Shown: piece by piece, positions 51,585 through 61,375 of the stretch
How positions within the stretch are numbered: the first letter of the stretch is position 1
Layout of the letters: each line of letters starts with the position of its first letter
Origin: Alphaproteobacteria bacterium
GTDB taxonomy: Bacteria > Pseudomonadota > Alphaproteobacteria > GCA-2731375
Direction of reading: 5' to 3'
Assembly (NCBI GenBank): GCA_965232515.1
Contig: CBDDPY010000002.1
Location: 1,216,001 to 1,280,000 of the forward strand
DNA: 64,000 nucleotides
Notes under the pieces: model-generated
Databases searched by the model: none
Seen by the model: the letters and a program-made list of their open reading frames with translations, nothing else
Told to the model about the DNA's origin: nothing
Translations under genes and position numbers: made by a program

Positions 51585-52181
51585 ATGGCGTTCATCGATA
51601 CCGTCGACGAGGCCGACGCGACCGGACCGGTCAAGGCCATGTACGACCAGATGCGGGCGACGTTCGGCTACCTGCCGAACATGACACGCGTGTTCAGCCA
51701 CCGGCCCGAGGTGAACGCGGCCTGGGTGCAACTGCTGACGCGGGTGCGCGGCGCCTCGTTGGACGCGCGCCGGTATGAGCTGGCGACCATGGCGGCGGCC
51801 CGCGCACTGGGCAGCTCCTATTGCATGCTGGCGCACGGCTCGGTGCTGCTGAACGGGATTTACGATGCCGGGCAGGTTCGGGCGATCGCCGAGGACTACC
51901 GCGACGCCGGGCTGGATGCGGCCGATGTTGCCATGATGGCCTTCGCCGAAAAGATTGCCCGCGACGCCACCTCGGTCTCCGCGTCCGATATCGCGGGCCT
52001 GCGCGAAAACGGCTTCAGCGATCCCGAGATCTTCGACATCGCCGCCACGGCCGCCGCGCGCTGCTTCTTCGGCAAGCTGCTGGACGCACTCGGTGCCGAA
52101 CCGGACATGCAATACGGCGAGCTCGACGATGACTTGCAGCGCGTCCTGACCGTCGGGCGGCCGATCAGCCAGTCGCCCTAA
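51585..52181 (+). CDS. Carboxymuconolactone decarboxylase/AhpD-like protein
   Basis: GYLPN, SSYCMLAH, GFSDPEIFDI. Confidence 0.85.
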   Translation: MAFIDTVDEADATGPVKAMYDQMRATFGYLPNMTRVFSHRPEVNAAWVQLLTRVRGASLDARRYELATMAAARALGSSYCMLAHGSVLLNGIYDAGQVRAIAEDYRDAGLDAADVAMMAFAEKIARDATSVSASDIAGLRENGFSDPEIFDIAATAAARCFFGKLLDALGAEPDMQYGELDDDLQRVLTVGRPISQSP

Positions 52182-52327
52182 GCGACGCAATCAGACCGGA
52201 CGACCGGCGGATTAGCCATTTCGTTGGCGCAAGGCAGCCATGCGTCTGGGCGGGGGCGCTGTATTTGGCCGCGGCCGATACAACCGCTAGACTCCTCGAA
52301 ACGAAGAACAACGACGGAGGAGACGGG

Positions 52328-53155
52328 ATGGGCCAGGCGATCGAGGTTCAGCCGCTGACGCCGGTCATCGGGGCGGAAGTGTCGGGGGTCGACCTTGGCG
52401 ATCTCGACGACGATGCGTTCGCGGCGCTGCGACGGGCCTTTCAGGACCACCAAGTACTGTTCTTCCGCGACCAGGACATCACGGTCGAGCAGCACAAGGC
52501 CTTCGGCCGCCGGCTGGGCGAGTTGCATGTCCATCCCGGCGTCACCAGACACGGCGTGCCGGAGCATCCCGAGATCCTGGTGATCCACGCCGACGACAAG
52601 ACCACCCGAACGGCCGGCGACAGCTGGCATTCCGACGTGAGCTGCGAGCCGGCGCCGCCGATGGCCAGCATCCTGAAGCTGCACGTCGTGCCGGAGACCG
52701 GCGGCGATACGCTGTTCTCGAGCATGTACGCGGCTTACGACGCGCTGTCGGACGCCATGAAACGTTATCTGGACGGGATGACGGCAACCCACGACGGCGG
52801 GCCGAACTATCGCGACCGCGCCGCGCGCACGGGCCACAACGATCCGGAGCGCGCCTATCCGCATGCCTCGCATCCCGTCGTGCGAACGCATCCCGAGACC
52901 GGCCGCAAGGCGCTGTTCGTGAACCAGGCCTTTACCACCCACATCGACGGCGTCGCCAAGGACGAGAGCGAGGCTGTTTTACGTTACCTGTTCGCGCATA
53001 TCGCCAAGCCGCAGTTCCAGTGCCGGTTCCGCTGGCGGCAGAACTCGGTGGCGATGTGGGACAACCGCTGCACGCAACATCACGCCATGTGGGACTACTA
53101 CCCCCAGACCCGCAGCGGCTATCGCGTCACCATATGCGGCGACCAACCCTATTGA
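52328..53155 (+). CDS. TauD/TfdA family dioxygenase
   Basis: WHSDVSC, GGDTLF, HPVVRTHP, WDNRCTQH. Confidence 0.94.
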   Translation: MGQAIEVQPLTPVIGAEVSGVDLGDLDDDAFAALRRAFQDHQVLFFRDQDITVEQHKAFGRRLGELHVHPGVTRHGVPEHPEILVIHADDKTTRTAGDSWHSDVSCEPAPPMASILKLHVVPETGGDTLFSSMYAAYDALSDAMKRYLDGMTATHDGGPNYRDRAARTGHNDPERAYPHASHPVVRTHPETGRKALFVNQAFTTHIDGVAKDESEAVLRYLFAHIAKPQFQCRFRWRQNSVAMWDNRCTQHHAMWDYYPQTRSGYRVTICGDQPY

Positions 53156-53177
53156 AGCAGCAGCGAGGGCGGCGGCG

Positions 53178-54029
53178 ATGAACCAGCAAGCCAGCGATCG
53201 AAACATTCACGTGCAGAAGGTGACGCCGGTGCTGGGCGCCGAGGTCCGCGGCGTCGATCTGGCCAAGGGCCTGAGCGAACGCGAGTTCACCGAGGTGCAC
53301 CGGGCGTTCCTGGACAACCAGGTGCTGTTCTTCAAGGAGCAGTCGCCGATGACGCCGGAGCGGCAGATCGAGATCGGCCGCATGTTCGGCGGCCTGCACG
53401 TGCATCCGGCGGCGCCGCATCTGGACGGCCATCCCGAAATCTTCGTGATCCATGCCCACAAGGACTCGAAGATCGCCAACGGCACGGGCTGGCATTCCGA
53501 CGTGAGCTGCGACGAGACGCCGCCGGCGGCGACGATGCTGCAGCTGCACCTGCTGCCGTCGAGCGGCGGCGACACCATGTTCGCCAGCATGTACGCGGCC
53601 TATGAGGCGCTGTCGGCGCCGATGCGGACGTTCCTGGAAGGCCTGACGGCGCAGCACGAGTCGGAGCATATCTATCGCGGCCGCTACGCCGACCGCGGCG
53701 TCGACGATTCCGGCCGGGTCTATCCGTCGGCCGTGCATCCGGTAATCCGCACGCACCCCGAGACCGGCCGCAAGGCGCTCTACGTCAACAGCGCCTTCAC
53801 CATGCGCATCAACGAATTGGCGCCGGACGAGAGCCGGGCGCTCTTGGACTATCTGTTCCGCCATGTCGAGCGGCCGCAATTCATGATCCGCTTCCGCTGG
53901 TCGGTGAACGACGTGGCGCTGTGGGACAACCGCTGCGTCCAGCACCAGGCGATCTGGGACTACTGGCCGGAGGAGCGCAAGGGGCACCGGGTGACGATCG
54001 AGGGCGACAGGCCGTATCTCGACGCCTGA
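53178..54029 (+). CDS. TauD/TfdA family dioxygenase
   Basis: WHSDVSC, GGDTMF, HPVIRTHP, WDNRCVQH. Confidence 0.94.
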   Translation: MNQQASDRNIHVQKVTPVLGAEVRGVDLAKGLSEREFTEVHRAFLDNQVLFFKEQSPMTPERQIEIGRMFGGLHVHPAAPHLDGHPEIFVIHAHKDSKIANGTGWHSDVSCDETPPAATMLQLHLLPSSGGDTMFASMYAAYEALSAPMRTFLEGLTAQHESEHIYRGRYADRGVDDSGRVYPSAVHPVIRTHPETGRKALYVNSAFTMRINELAPDESRALLDYLFRHVERPQFMIRFRWSVNDVALWDNRCVQHQAIWDYWPEERKGHRVTIEGDRPYLDA

Positions 54030-54086
54030 CTCAGGCCGCAACACAACAAGCAATCAAAAGAACGTCCAGAATGGGGAGGATCTGAC

Positions 54087-55091
54087 ATGCTGAGATCGAT
54101 GGCGCTGGCGGCCGCGGCTGCCGTGGGCGTGACGCTGGCCGCGAGCGGGTACGCGGCCGCCGAAACGGTGGCGCGGCTGTCGTTTCACTGGGGGCCGACG
54201 CATCCATCGGCCGTGCATGCGACCAAGTTCGCCGAGCGGGTGAACGAACGCCTGGAAGGCAAGCTGAAAATCGAGCTGTTCCCGGCCGGCCAGTTGTTCG
54301 GCATTCGCGAGATCATGGGCGCGGTCGCCGCCGGATCGGTCGAGATGGGCGGCGTCGTCGGCATCGTCAGCTTTCCGCCGATAAACCGGAACTACAACGT
54401 CACCGCCTTTCCCGGCTATTTTGAGAGCTTCGCGCAGCAGCGCGCCTTCTTCGAGAAAGACGCCGTCGGCAACAAGGTCTGGTCGAATATCCTCACCAAG
54501 ACCCGTTCGACGCTGATCGCCTACAACCCGGTCGGGCCGACGGCGATCTACAGCGCCGGCAGCGATTTGAAAACCGTGGAGTCGATGGCCGGGCTGAAGA
54601 CCCGCGTGCTGGTGAAGTCCGACCGGGCACGCTGGACCGCGCTCGATGTCGGCAAAATGGTCTCGCTGCCGACGCGCGAGGTCTATACCTCACTGCAGAA
54701 CGGCACCATCGACACCGTATCGACCGTACCGGCGGCGCTCAGGGCCTATTCCTGGTGGGAGTTCCTGAAAGCCGGGCAGCTGCCGTGGCTGACCTTCGCC
54801 GACGCCTACCTGATGGCCAACCAGTCCTGGTTCGACGGCCTGCCGGCCGATGTGCAGGCGGTGCTGCTGGAAGAGGGCGCACGGACCAGCCAGGAAGCGA
54901 CGGACTCGATCATGGCCGCGTCCATGGAGGCGAACGAACAGTTCAAGGCGCGCGGCGGCACGATTACGACTCTCGCCGGCGACGAACTCGCCAAGCTGCG
55001 CAAGCTGGAAGACGAGAAGGTCGAGCCGGCATTGGCCGAGCTGGTCGACACAGACGTCCTGGACGCCGTCAAGCGCCACGTCGGCCGCTAG
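54087..55091 (+). CDS. dctP: TRAP transporter substrate-binding protein DctP
   Basis: Signal peptide; FAERVNE..IELFPAGQL; EVYTSLQNGTID. Confidence 0.9.
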   Translation: MLRSMALAAAAAVGVTLAASGYAAAETVARLSFHWGPTHPSAVHATKFAERVNERLEGKLKIELFPAGQLFGIREIMGAVAAGSVEMGGVVGIVSFPPINRNYNVTAFPGYFESFAQQRAFFEKDAVGNKVWSNILTKTRSTLIAYNPVGPTAIYSAGSDLKTVESMAGLKTRVLVKSDRARWTALDVGKMVSLPTREVYTSLQNGTIDTVSTVPAALRAYSWWEFLKAGQLPWLTFADAYLMANQSWFDGLPADVQAVLLEEGARTSQEATDSIMAASMEANEQFKARGGTITTLAGDELAKLRKLEDEKVEPALAELVDTDVLDAVKRHVGR

Positions 55092-55116
55092 CCGAACGCC
55101 CGCCGGGGCAACCGCC

Positions 55117-55623
55117 GTGCTGGGCGCGGTGCACGACGCGCTGCGGCGCGTCAACGACGTCATCGCGGTCGTGGCGATGGCGATCGCCATGACGGTGGTG
55201 GGCTTCGCCGTGCTGGCCGTGCTGGCCGGCGCCATCGAGCGGCACACCACCGGCATGGGCTATGCCTGGATGAACGACCTGCCGCCGTTCCTGATGCCGT
55301 GGTGTGTGTTTCCGCTGCTGGGCGTGCTGCTGCGGCGCGAGCGGCATATCGTCGTCGAGGTGGCGCCGTCGCTGCTGACGGGCGGGCGGCTGCGGCTGCT
55401 GCGGATCGTGGTGGCGACGATCTGCCTGCTGACCGGCATCGCCTTCTGCATCGCCGGCATCGAAGCCGTGAGCTTCTTCCAGATGCTGGGCGAGATCACC
55501 GAGACCGAGATCGAGATCCCGTTCTGGTGGCTCTATGCCGCGTTTCCCGTCGGCTTCGGCCTGTTCGCCCTGTTCGCGCTGGAGATGCTGCTGCGCGAGC
55601 TGACCCGGGACGCGATGCCGTGA
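55117..55623 (+). CDS. dctQ: TRAP transporter small permease DctQ
   Basis: Four TM helices, RHIVVE, IPFWWLYAAFPVG; start approximate. Confidence 0.85.
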   Translation: MLGAVHDALRRVNDVIAVVAMAIAMTVVGFAVLAVLAGAIERHTTGMGYAWMNDLPPFLMPWCVFPLLGVLLRRERHIVVEVAPSLLTGGRLRLLRIVVATICLLTGIAFCIAGIEAVSFFQMLGEITETEIEIPFWWLYAAFPVGFGLFALFALEMLLRELTRDAMP

Positions 55624-56885
55624 TCTGGCCGGCCAGCCTGCTGTCGCTGATCCTGCTGCTGCTGGCGGTGCCGATCTTCCTTGTGTTCGGCATCGGCAGC
55701 AGCCTGGTCGCGACGGTCGGCCTGAACCTGCCGTGGAGCACGCTGTTGCAGGTCTCGTTCGGCGCCATCACCAAGCATGTGCTGCTGGCGATCCCGCTGT
55801 TCATCTTCGCCGGCCTGGTGATGCTGCGGGCCGGCGTCGCCCGGCGCCTGGTCGACTTCTGCATCACGCTGGTCGGCCATTGGCCCGGCGGGCTCGGCAT
55901 CGCCATGGTCCTGGCCATGGGCTTCTTCGCCGCCTTCTGCGGCTCGATCCTGGCGGCGATCACGGCGGTCGGCTCGATCCTGATGCCGACCATGGTCGAG
56001 CGCGGCTATCCGAAGCCGTTCGTGGTCGTGCTGGCGGCGACGGCGGGGCTGCTGGAAGGCCTGATCCCGCCCAGCAACGCGGCCATCATCTTCTCGGCCC
56101 TAACCCAGGTGCCGGTGTCGAAAACCTTCGCGGCCGGCATGCTGCCGGGCTTGGTGTTCATGGCGCTGCTGATCGTTTTCGTGCTGTGGTCGTGCCGGCA
56201 CATGCCGCGCGACCGGAGGGCCGGCTGGGCCGAGCGCTGGCGCGCCTTCGTGGTCGCGATCCCGGGCCTGCTGACGCCGGTGATCATCCTGGGCGGCATC
56301 TATGCCGGCCTGTTGACGCCGTCGGAGGCGGCGAGCGTGGCGTCGGCCTGGGCTGTCCTCTTGGGCTTTTTCGTCTACCGCGAGCTGACCTGGCGCGGCC
56401 TGCTGGAGGCCCTGCAGGCGACCGCGGTGACGACGACGGTGATCTTCGCAATCATCGCCATGGCGACCTTCCTGTCGGTGATCCTGACCTATACGCGGGC
56501 GCCGCAGGGCATCGTCGAATACTTCACCGAATTCGGCGTGACGCCGCTGACCTTCCTGCTGATGGTCGGCGTGATCTGCCTAATCCTCGGCACCTTCATC
56601 GAGGCAGTGCCAGTGTTCTACCTGACGATCCCAGTGTTCTACGGCGTCGTCATCGCGCTCGATATCGAGATGACGCACTTCTATATCGTCTTCGGCGCCT
56701 TCGTCGGCCTGGGCCTGCTGACGCCGCCGGTCTGCGTCGGGGTCTACACGGCCGCCGCCGTGATCAAGGAAGCGCCCGAACGCGCCTTCCGCGCCGTCCC
56801 CGGCTTCTTCGCCGTCGGCCTGGTCTACGCCGCCATCATGATCGCCTTCCCCTGGTTCGCCACCTGGCTGCCGAGCAAGTTGTAG
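55620..56885 (+). CDS. dctM: TRAP transporter large permease DctM
   Basis: LAIPLFIFAG, LIPPS, TPSEA, LTPPV; GTGA coupling. Confidence 0.92.
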   Translation: MIWPASLLSLILLLLAVPIFLVFGIGSSLVATVGLNLPWSTLLQVSFGAITKHVLLAIPLFIFAGLVMLRAGVARRLVDFCITLVGHWPGGLGIAMVLAMGFFAAFCGSILAAITAVGSILMPTMVERGYPKPFVVVLAATAGLLEGLIPPSNAAIIFSALTQVPVSKTFAAGMLPGLVFMALLIVFVLWSCRHMPRDRRAGWAERWRAFVVAIPGLLTPVIILGGIYAGLLTPSEAASVASAWAVLLGFFVYRELTWRGLLEALQATAVTTTVIFAIIAMATFLSVILTYTRAPQGIVEYFTEFGVTPLTFLLMVGVICLILGTFIEAVPVFYLTIPVFYGVVIALDIEMTHFYIVFGAFVGLGLLTPPVCVGVYTAAAVIKEAPERAFRAVPGFFAVGLVYAAIMIAFPWFATWLPSKL

Positions 56886-56910
56886 CGGCTTATGGTTCGA
56901 CGGGGACAGC

Positions 56911-56967
56911 GAGCCCGACAGGGATCGAACCCGTGGCGACCCGGAATAGAGTGACCAGACTACGGGG
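56911..56967 (-). pseudogene. Degenerate tRNA-Lys fragment (att-like remnant)
   Basis: GAGCCCGACAGGGATCGAACC is identical (21 nt) to the 3' part of tRNA-Lys at 62447-62467, then diverges. Confidence 0.8.
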
Positions 56968-57008
56968 ACAGTACATTGAACGCGCAATTTAGTGCACTGT
57001 CACCGTAA
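56960..57008. repeat. Imperfect palindromic REP-like element
   Basis: CTACGGGGACAGTACATTGAA ... TTTAGTGCACTGTCACCGTAA; single arms recur at 59593-59613 and 61376-61390. Confidence 0.7.
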
Positions 57009-57415
57009 TGCCACGCGATGCGTTGGAGGATCAGTAGACCTTGGCGCGGCGGCTACGGTCGCCGTTTTGCTTTCGGCTTGTGAGCCAGCGCGACGCACCG
57101 GGTTTGCCCTCGCTACTACTATCGCAACCGTCGTGCCGGCGGTCCGCGAACACGTCGACCAACTGCGCCCGGGTCGGCAGCAATTGGCCGACGAATACCT
57201 GAACCGCGTCGACCAACTGCAAAGATTCCTACTTACAGAGGCTGACCGCGTCGGCGATCTGCGATGCAACGTGTCCTATCGCGCGTTGGCGCGCTGGTGC
57301 CTAGCAAAGCCGGCGCATGCCGAAATTTGCAACCGTGCCTGCTGCCTGTCAGTCACGCCCGGCGCGACTACGAAAATCCCGCAGCGGCTGCCGCCTGATA
57401 GCTAGTGTCGCTAGT

Positions 57416-57429
57416 CAGAATTGACTTTC
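57416..57429 (+). repeat. 14-bp direct repeat, left copy
   Basis: CAGAATTGACTTTC, identical at 59309-59322. Confidence 0.6.
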
Positions 57430-57485
57430 TCGCGCACCGGGTGTGGCATAGTGACGAGCGCAATTATCAACGGCCTTAAAAGACC

Positions 57486-58324
57486 ATGGAGAATCATCAC
57501 AATTGTTCAGCAGACGACCGTCACTGCGGCAACAAGCCGCCGGAAGATCGATCGAAACGCGCCGTAATTGTTGACGTGTTCAATATCGTCGCATCCAACT
57601 TCGTTTAAATTTTGTCAAGCAAGTTTCTAATAATTACAGGAAGCGGAATTTTTTTCTCTTTTATTTATTATTTTTGTTTTAATATTTACTGCTGAGTGTA
57701 TTCAAAATAGACTTTATCGATTATGCCAGTTCGGGGTTTTTTATCTTCATTTGGTGCAATCGCCTCCATACTGAAGAGCTGGTTACTTACTATATTTATA
57801 TTGTCATATTTTTTTGGGTTATTATTAGGCTCAGTAGCGATAAGTATTGTGGATTCTGTCATACAACGTGATTTAAAGAATCTTGATCCTGAAGACGAGA
57901 ATGAAAAAGCCGATTTAATTTCGAAGCAAAAAGATTTTGCAAAAAAAGAACCACTATTTATGCTCTGTCAATTATGTTATTCCTAGTTATTACGTTCTGT
58001 TTGAATGTGGCAGCACGCAACGCTTCAAGTGAAATTATCTGTAGTTCGGACAGTGTTCAAATGAGTTTAATAAGTCCAAATTCCGACATTGGTGATTTAA
58101 ATGGTATCTGGAAAGAAGATCAAAAACTTGAATATACGCTACATTATATAAGTCGAACTGGCTCGACGTATTTTCTAGCAAAGGTAGCTCGACTCCCAGA
58201 TGCGCCCTGCGAGGAATTTTCTTTTCAGGGCCGCTTAGTGCCTGCTCAATGGGTTGTTATTGAAACTTCAGTACAGAATTCGGCCCCAGGCGTGCCATTA
58301 CAACTTAATCCACTATTCGACTGA
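57486..58324 (+). pseudogene. Fragmented AT-rich membrane protein gene
   Basis: Consecutive hydrophobic ORF pieces (57486-57608, 57723-57986, 57974-58324) broken by stops and frameshifts near T/A runs. Confidence 0.45.
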
Positions 58325-58795
58325 AAATCTTCTTTCGCCCGGAGTTTCAGTGGAATGATCTCTTGTTGGCACGTAGAACCGCATTGCGAAGGCTGGCACC
58401 TATCAGACTATCGTCTCGGGAGTCACGTACCCGCATGTGGTGCGGACCGACTGCGTAAAGTCATCGGTCGTCGATGACGGTTCTTGAAAAGCCCGACCCG
58501 GGCGGGCCATTGGGCGCCTCAACGCAGCACTCAGATGTCTCAGCTCAGGCACAACTAGAACCCAGCAGCTCGATGGCTGGATCAAGTGCGGATGGTCGGT
58601 GAAGGAATCTGCCGCGAATTAAGAACAACTCCGTGCAACTCACGACATATGCGCATCCGAGTAGGCCCCTGTATCCTGGGCTGTAGGCTTGGCGCACCTT
58701 TCGGCTGTAAATCCACCCACTTCAGCACGCTAGCGAGGCGTGCATTTCTATGCATAATGACACTATCTCTATCATAGTTATTAAGGAGCGCAAAT

Positions 58796-59251
58796 ATGAG
58801 TACTCCAAAGGGTATTGTTGAACTGGACGCAGATGATCTAAAGCCTCTCGCATTTAGACCGGAAGACTTTGAAATTCCCCAAGGAGTGATAAAGGGTTGG
58901 GGGCGAATAGGCAATAATACTGGAGAGAAGTTGGCCGTGTATGGCCCTAAACACCCAAACGACAGTTCAAGTTTCGATAACAGTCTATACTTGCTACCAA
59001 ATGGTTATTGGACGCCAGATAATTGGGATTGTGATGGATTCTATGTGCCTAACGATAGAATCGCCGACCAACGACTAAGTGACGTAAACGGCCCACTTGC
59101 AATTAAGTATACGGATGCGCACCCACCTGTCTTAATACAAAAATCTTCGTCGAATGCCTATAGGTGCCACGACAATTTCGGGGCATTCCGGCCAGGCCAA
59201 ATAAACTGGCCTATCCCCAACGTCCCACAGTCCGTCATAGAGAATCAGTAG
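58796..59251 (+). CDS. Hypothetical protein (low GC)
   Basis: AAGGAG RBS, ATG, 151-aa open frame in AT-rich DNA. Confidence 0.7.
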   Translation: MSTPKGIVELDADDLKPLAFRPEDFEIPQGVIKGWGRIGNNTGEKLAVYGPKHPNDSSSFDNSLYLLPNGYWTPDNWDCDGFYVPNDRIADQRLSDVNGPLAIKYTDAHPPVLIQKSSSNAYRCHDNFGAFRPGQINWPIPNVPQSVIENQ

Positions 59252-59308
59252 CCGTAGAATTCTTGAGCAGTGGGGGTCGCTCAGGAACTACGTGCTGATC
59301 GCCTGTTA

Positions 59309-59322
59309 CAGAATTGACTTTC
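59309..59322 (+). repeat. 14-bp direct repeat, right copy
   Basis: CAGAATTGACTTTC, identical at 57416-57429. Confidence 0.6.
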
Positions 59323-59592
59323 CGTGAAAGGCAACGAGGGTAAGTGGGGACTGGAGAGTCAGAAATCCAACTTCGGATCTAGAGCGGGAATCTAGATGCT
59401 ACCCGAGCATCGTTGAGAACATAGGCCTTTGTTCGACACTATCTTCCCGCGATAGGTCACGGTCACATCGCAGCCGTGGCCACCGCAGGTCTTGCAGTCG
59501 ACGTAGCGATCAACCTGGTTGATGGCCATATTGCCGCCTAGCCGCTTGATCAGTGCCTCTCGATCGAGGAACGGCATCATGTTGAGGCACGT

Positions 59593-59613
59593 TTACGATG
59601 ACAGTGCACTGAA
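59593..59613. repeat. Single arm of REP-like palindrome
   Basis: TTACGATGACAGTGCACTGAA, 19/21 match to reverse complement of 56988-57008. Confidence 0.6.
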
Positions 59614-59645
59614 TATTGGCGCACCATAATTCGGCGAGAAGCCGG

Positions 59646-59720
59646 TGGTGAGCCCGGCAGGGGCCGAACCTGTGGCGACCCGCTCAACAGTCGGGTGCTC
59701 TGCCAACTGAGCCATGGCTT
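59646..59720 (-). pseudogene. Nearly full-length decayed tRNA-Lys-like copy
   Basis: Minus strand GCTCAGTTGGCAGAGCACCCGACTGTTGAGCGGGTCGCCACAGGTTCGGCCCCTGCCGGGCTCACCA aligns to tRNA-Lys; acceptor stem disrupted. Confidence 0.8.
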
Positions 59721-59822
59721 GACTTGCGTATTTTCTGCATGGGAGCCTTGACGGCAGGCGTCGTCGGAAAGCGGCTCCACGAAGACGGGTCGTCCCCGAG
59801 CGACGCATCGGGGAGGAGAACC

Positions 59823-60377
59823 GTGAAAACGTCACGCGCGATCGGCGTGCTCTGCGCCGTCGTATTGCTTGGCCTGACCGTTGCCGGACCGGCCGATGCG
59901 ATGTTCCTCACGCGCTTCAAGGCGAACAGCGCGGATCTGAGTTTCTCGGGAAAAATCGAGTTCAGCGGCCCCACCACGGCCACCGGCCAGGTGACGTCGT
60001 TCGACGTAAGCGGCATGACATTCGGTCACGAATGGACGTGCTCGGGTCTGAATTGCCTACAGTTAGCGGAATGGGAAATTCTGCCGGGCGGGGAACTCGA
60101 CCAGCTATTCTTCCGCACAATCGAGTTTCCGACCCAAACGGTGGGCGTGGATGTCGATCTGCTGTTCGATTTGTTTGGCTCATCGATAAGCGAGTGCGAA
60201 GACTTCCTGTCTTCTCGTTGTCCAATCACCGACCTCATTTTGTTTCGTAGCCAGGCATTCGCCCCGCGTTCGTTTGCGACCGTGCCCGAGCCGACCGGGC
60301 TCGTCCTGTTCACAACCGGGATGGTGGGTCTGCTGGTGTTTGGCGGGCGACGCCGCAAAGGATTGGCAACGCGCTAG
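59823..60377 (+). CDS. PEP-CTERM sorting domain protein
   Basis: GAGGAG RBS, GTG start, signal peptide, VPEPTGLVLFTTGMVGLLVFGGRRRK. Confidence 0.85.
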   Translation: MKTSRAIGVLCAVVLLGLTVAGPADAMFLTRFKANSADLSFSGKIEFSGPTTATGQVTSFDVSGMTFGHEWTCSGLNCLQLAEWEILPGGELDQLFFRTIEFPTQTVGVDVDLLFDLFGSSISECEDFLSSRCPITDLILFRSQAFAPRSFATVPEPTGLVLFTTGMVGLLVFGGRRRKGLATR

Positions 60378-60529
60378 GTCGTGTACTCATTAAGGGCGAA
60401 GTTTGCTCTCAATCGGTCACCGGACATATGTGGCGCGGCGGGCGACGTCTCGGTTGCGGACAAGGCGGCTGGTCAAGGTGGGGATCCGCTGGCGGATAGG
60501 TTTGTGCAGGCCGGAAGCGTTTGGTTGTC

Positions 60530-61069
60530 ATGAAGACCAGCCCAATCATAAAGACCGATCGTCTTCTTCTGCGCGCGCCCATACTCGGAGACTGGCCCAG
60601 TTTCGCAGCGGTGATGACATCAGATCGGGCAAAGTACATGGGCGGACCGTTTTCAATCGGGCACGCGTGGGGCGCCTTTTGCCATGGGGTCGCGCAATGG
60701 CAGCTTTTTGGCGTTGGTAATCTGTCAATTGAGCTTCGAGAGACCAAACAATGCCTGGGGCAAATTGAGATCAACCAAGGCCCACTTTTTCCGGAACCAG
60801 AACTTGGTTGGCAGCTGACATCTGAGGCCGAAGGCAAAGGGTATGCGTTCGAGGCCGCCATGGCGCTGCGCGATTGGGCCTTTCAAGATCGCAAACTGAA
60901 AACGCTGGTGAGTTACATCGATCCGGACAACGCGCGCTCGATCCGTCTCGCTGAACGCCTTGGTGCGACGATTGACGACCATGCTCGTAAGCAGGACCCG
61001 GATGATCTGGTCTATCGACATGTTTCGGGAAGTCTGCAAGGGGCTCATTTGAGACGATCGGCCTGCTGA
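60530..61069 (+). CDS. GNAT family N-acetyltransferase (RimJ/RimL-like)
   Basis: TDRLLLR, PELGW, EGKGYAFEAA, LVSYIDPDNARSIRLAERLG. Confidence 0.9.
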   Translation: MKTSPIIKTDRLLLRAPILGDWPSFAAVMTSDRAKYMGGPFSIGHAWGAFCHGVAQWQLFGVGNLSIELRETKQCLGQIEINQGPLFPEPELGWQLTSEAEGKGYAFEAAMALRDWAFQDRKLKTLVSYIDPDNARSIRLAERLGATIDDHARKQDPDDLVYRHVSGSLQGAHLRRSAC

Positions 61070-61098
61070 GCGAAGGTCGGGTTCTAACGGGGAAGCGG

Positions 61099-61372
61099 AT
61101 GGCCGACCAGGCATATGACGCGGATGCAATCAGGAAGCTCGTATCGTCACAAGGGTCTGGGCGAACATCCCGTCGCGACGCAACCGCCGAAACCCGATCT
61201 GCTTCAGCGCGTATCTCTATCGGGATCGCAACCCGGTCGAACGGTTCTTCAACACGATCAAGCACTGCCGCCGCATCGCAACGCGGTATGATAAGCGGGC
61301 GGCCAACTTCCTCGCCTTCATCAAGCTCGCAGCGATCCGGTTGTGGCTCAGCGCTTATGAGTCCACGGCCTG
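61099..61372 (+). pseudogene. IS5 family transposase C-terminal fragment (frameshifted)
   Basis: ADQAYDADAIR then, in a shifted frame, ANIPSRRNRRNPICFSAYLYRDRNPVERFFNTIKHCRRIATRYDKRAANFLAFIKLAAIRLWL. Confidence 0.85.
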
Positions 61373-61375
61373 GTC

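Larger units (their letters stand above)
60374..61373 (+). mobile_element. IS5-family-derived non-autonomous element carrying a GNAT gene
   Basis: Terminal IRs CTAGGTCGTGTACTCATTAA / CTTATGAGTCCACGGCCTGG; only the 3' transposase fragment remains. Confidence 0.65.

Noticed and set aside
56992-57405. ORF with lipobox-like VLLSAC
   Set aside because: Start lies inside the palindrome with no RBS; possibly a remnant but unsupported
59392-59580. Small CxxC protein resembling phage-associated Zn-binding proteins
   Set aside because: N-terminal half appears frameshifted and overlaps the palindrome arm; cannot call a gene confidently
59646-59720. Functional tRNA-Asn(GTT)
   Set aside because: Acceptor stem does not pair and T-arm is damaged; treated as a relic
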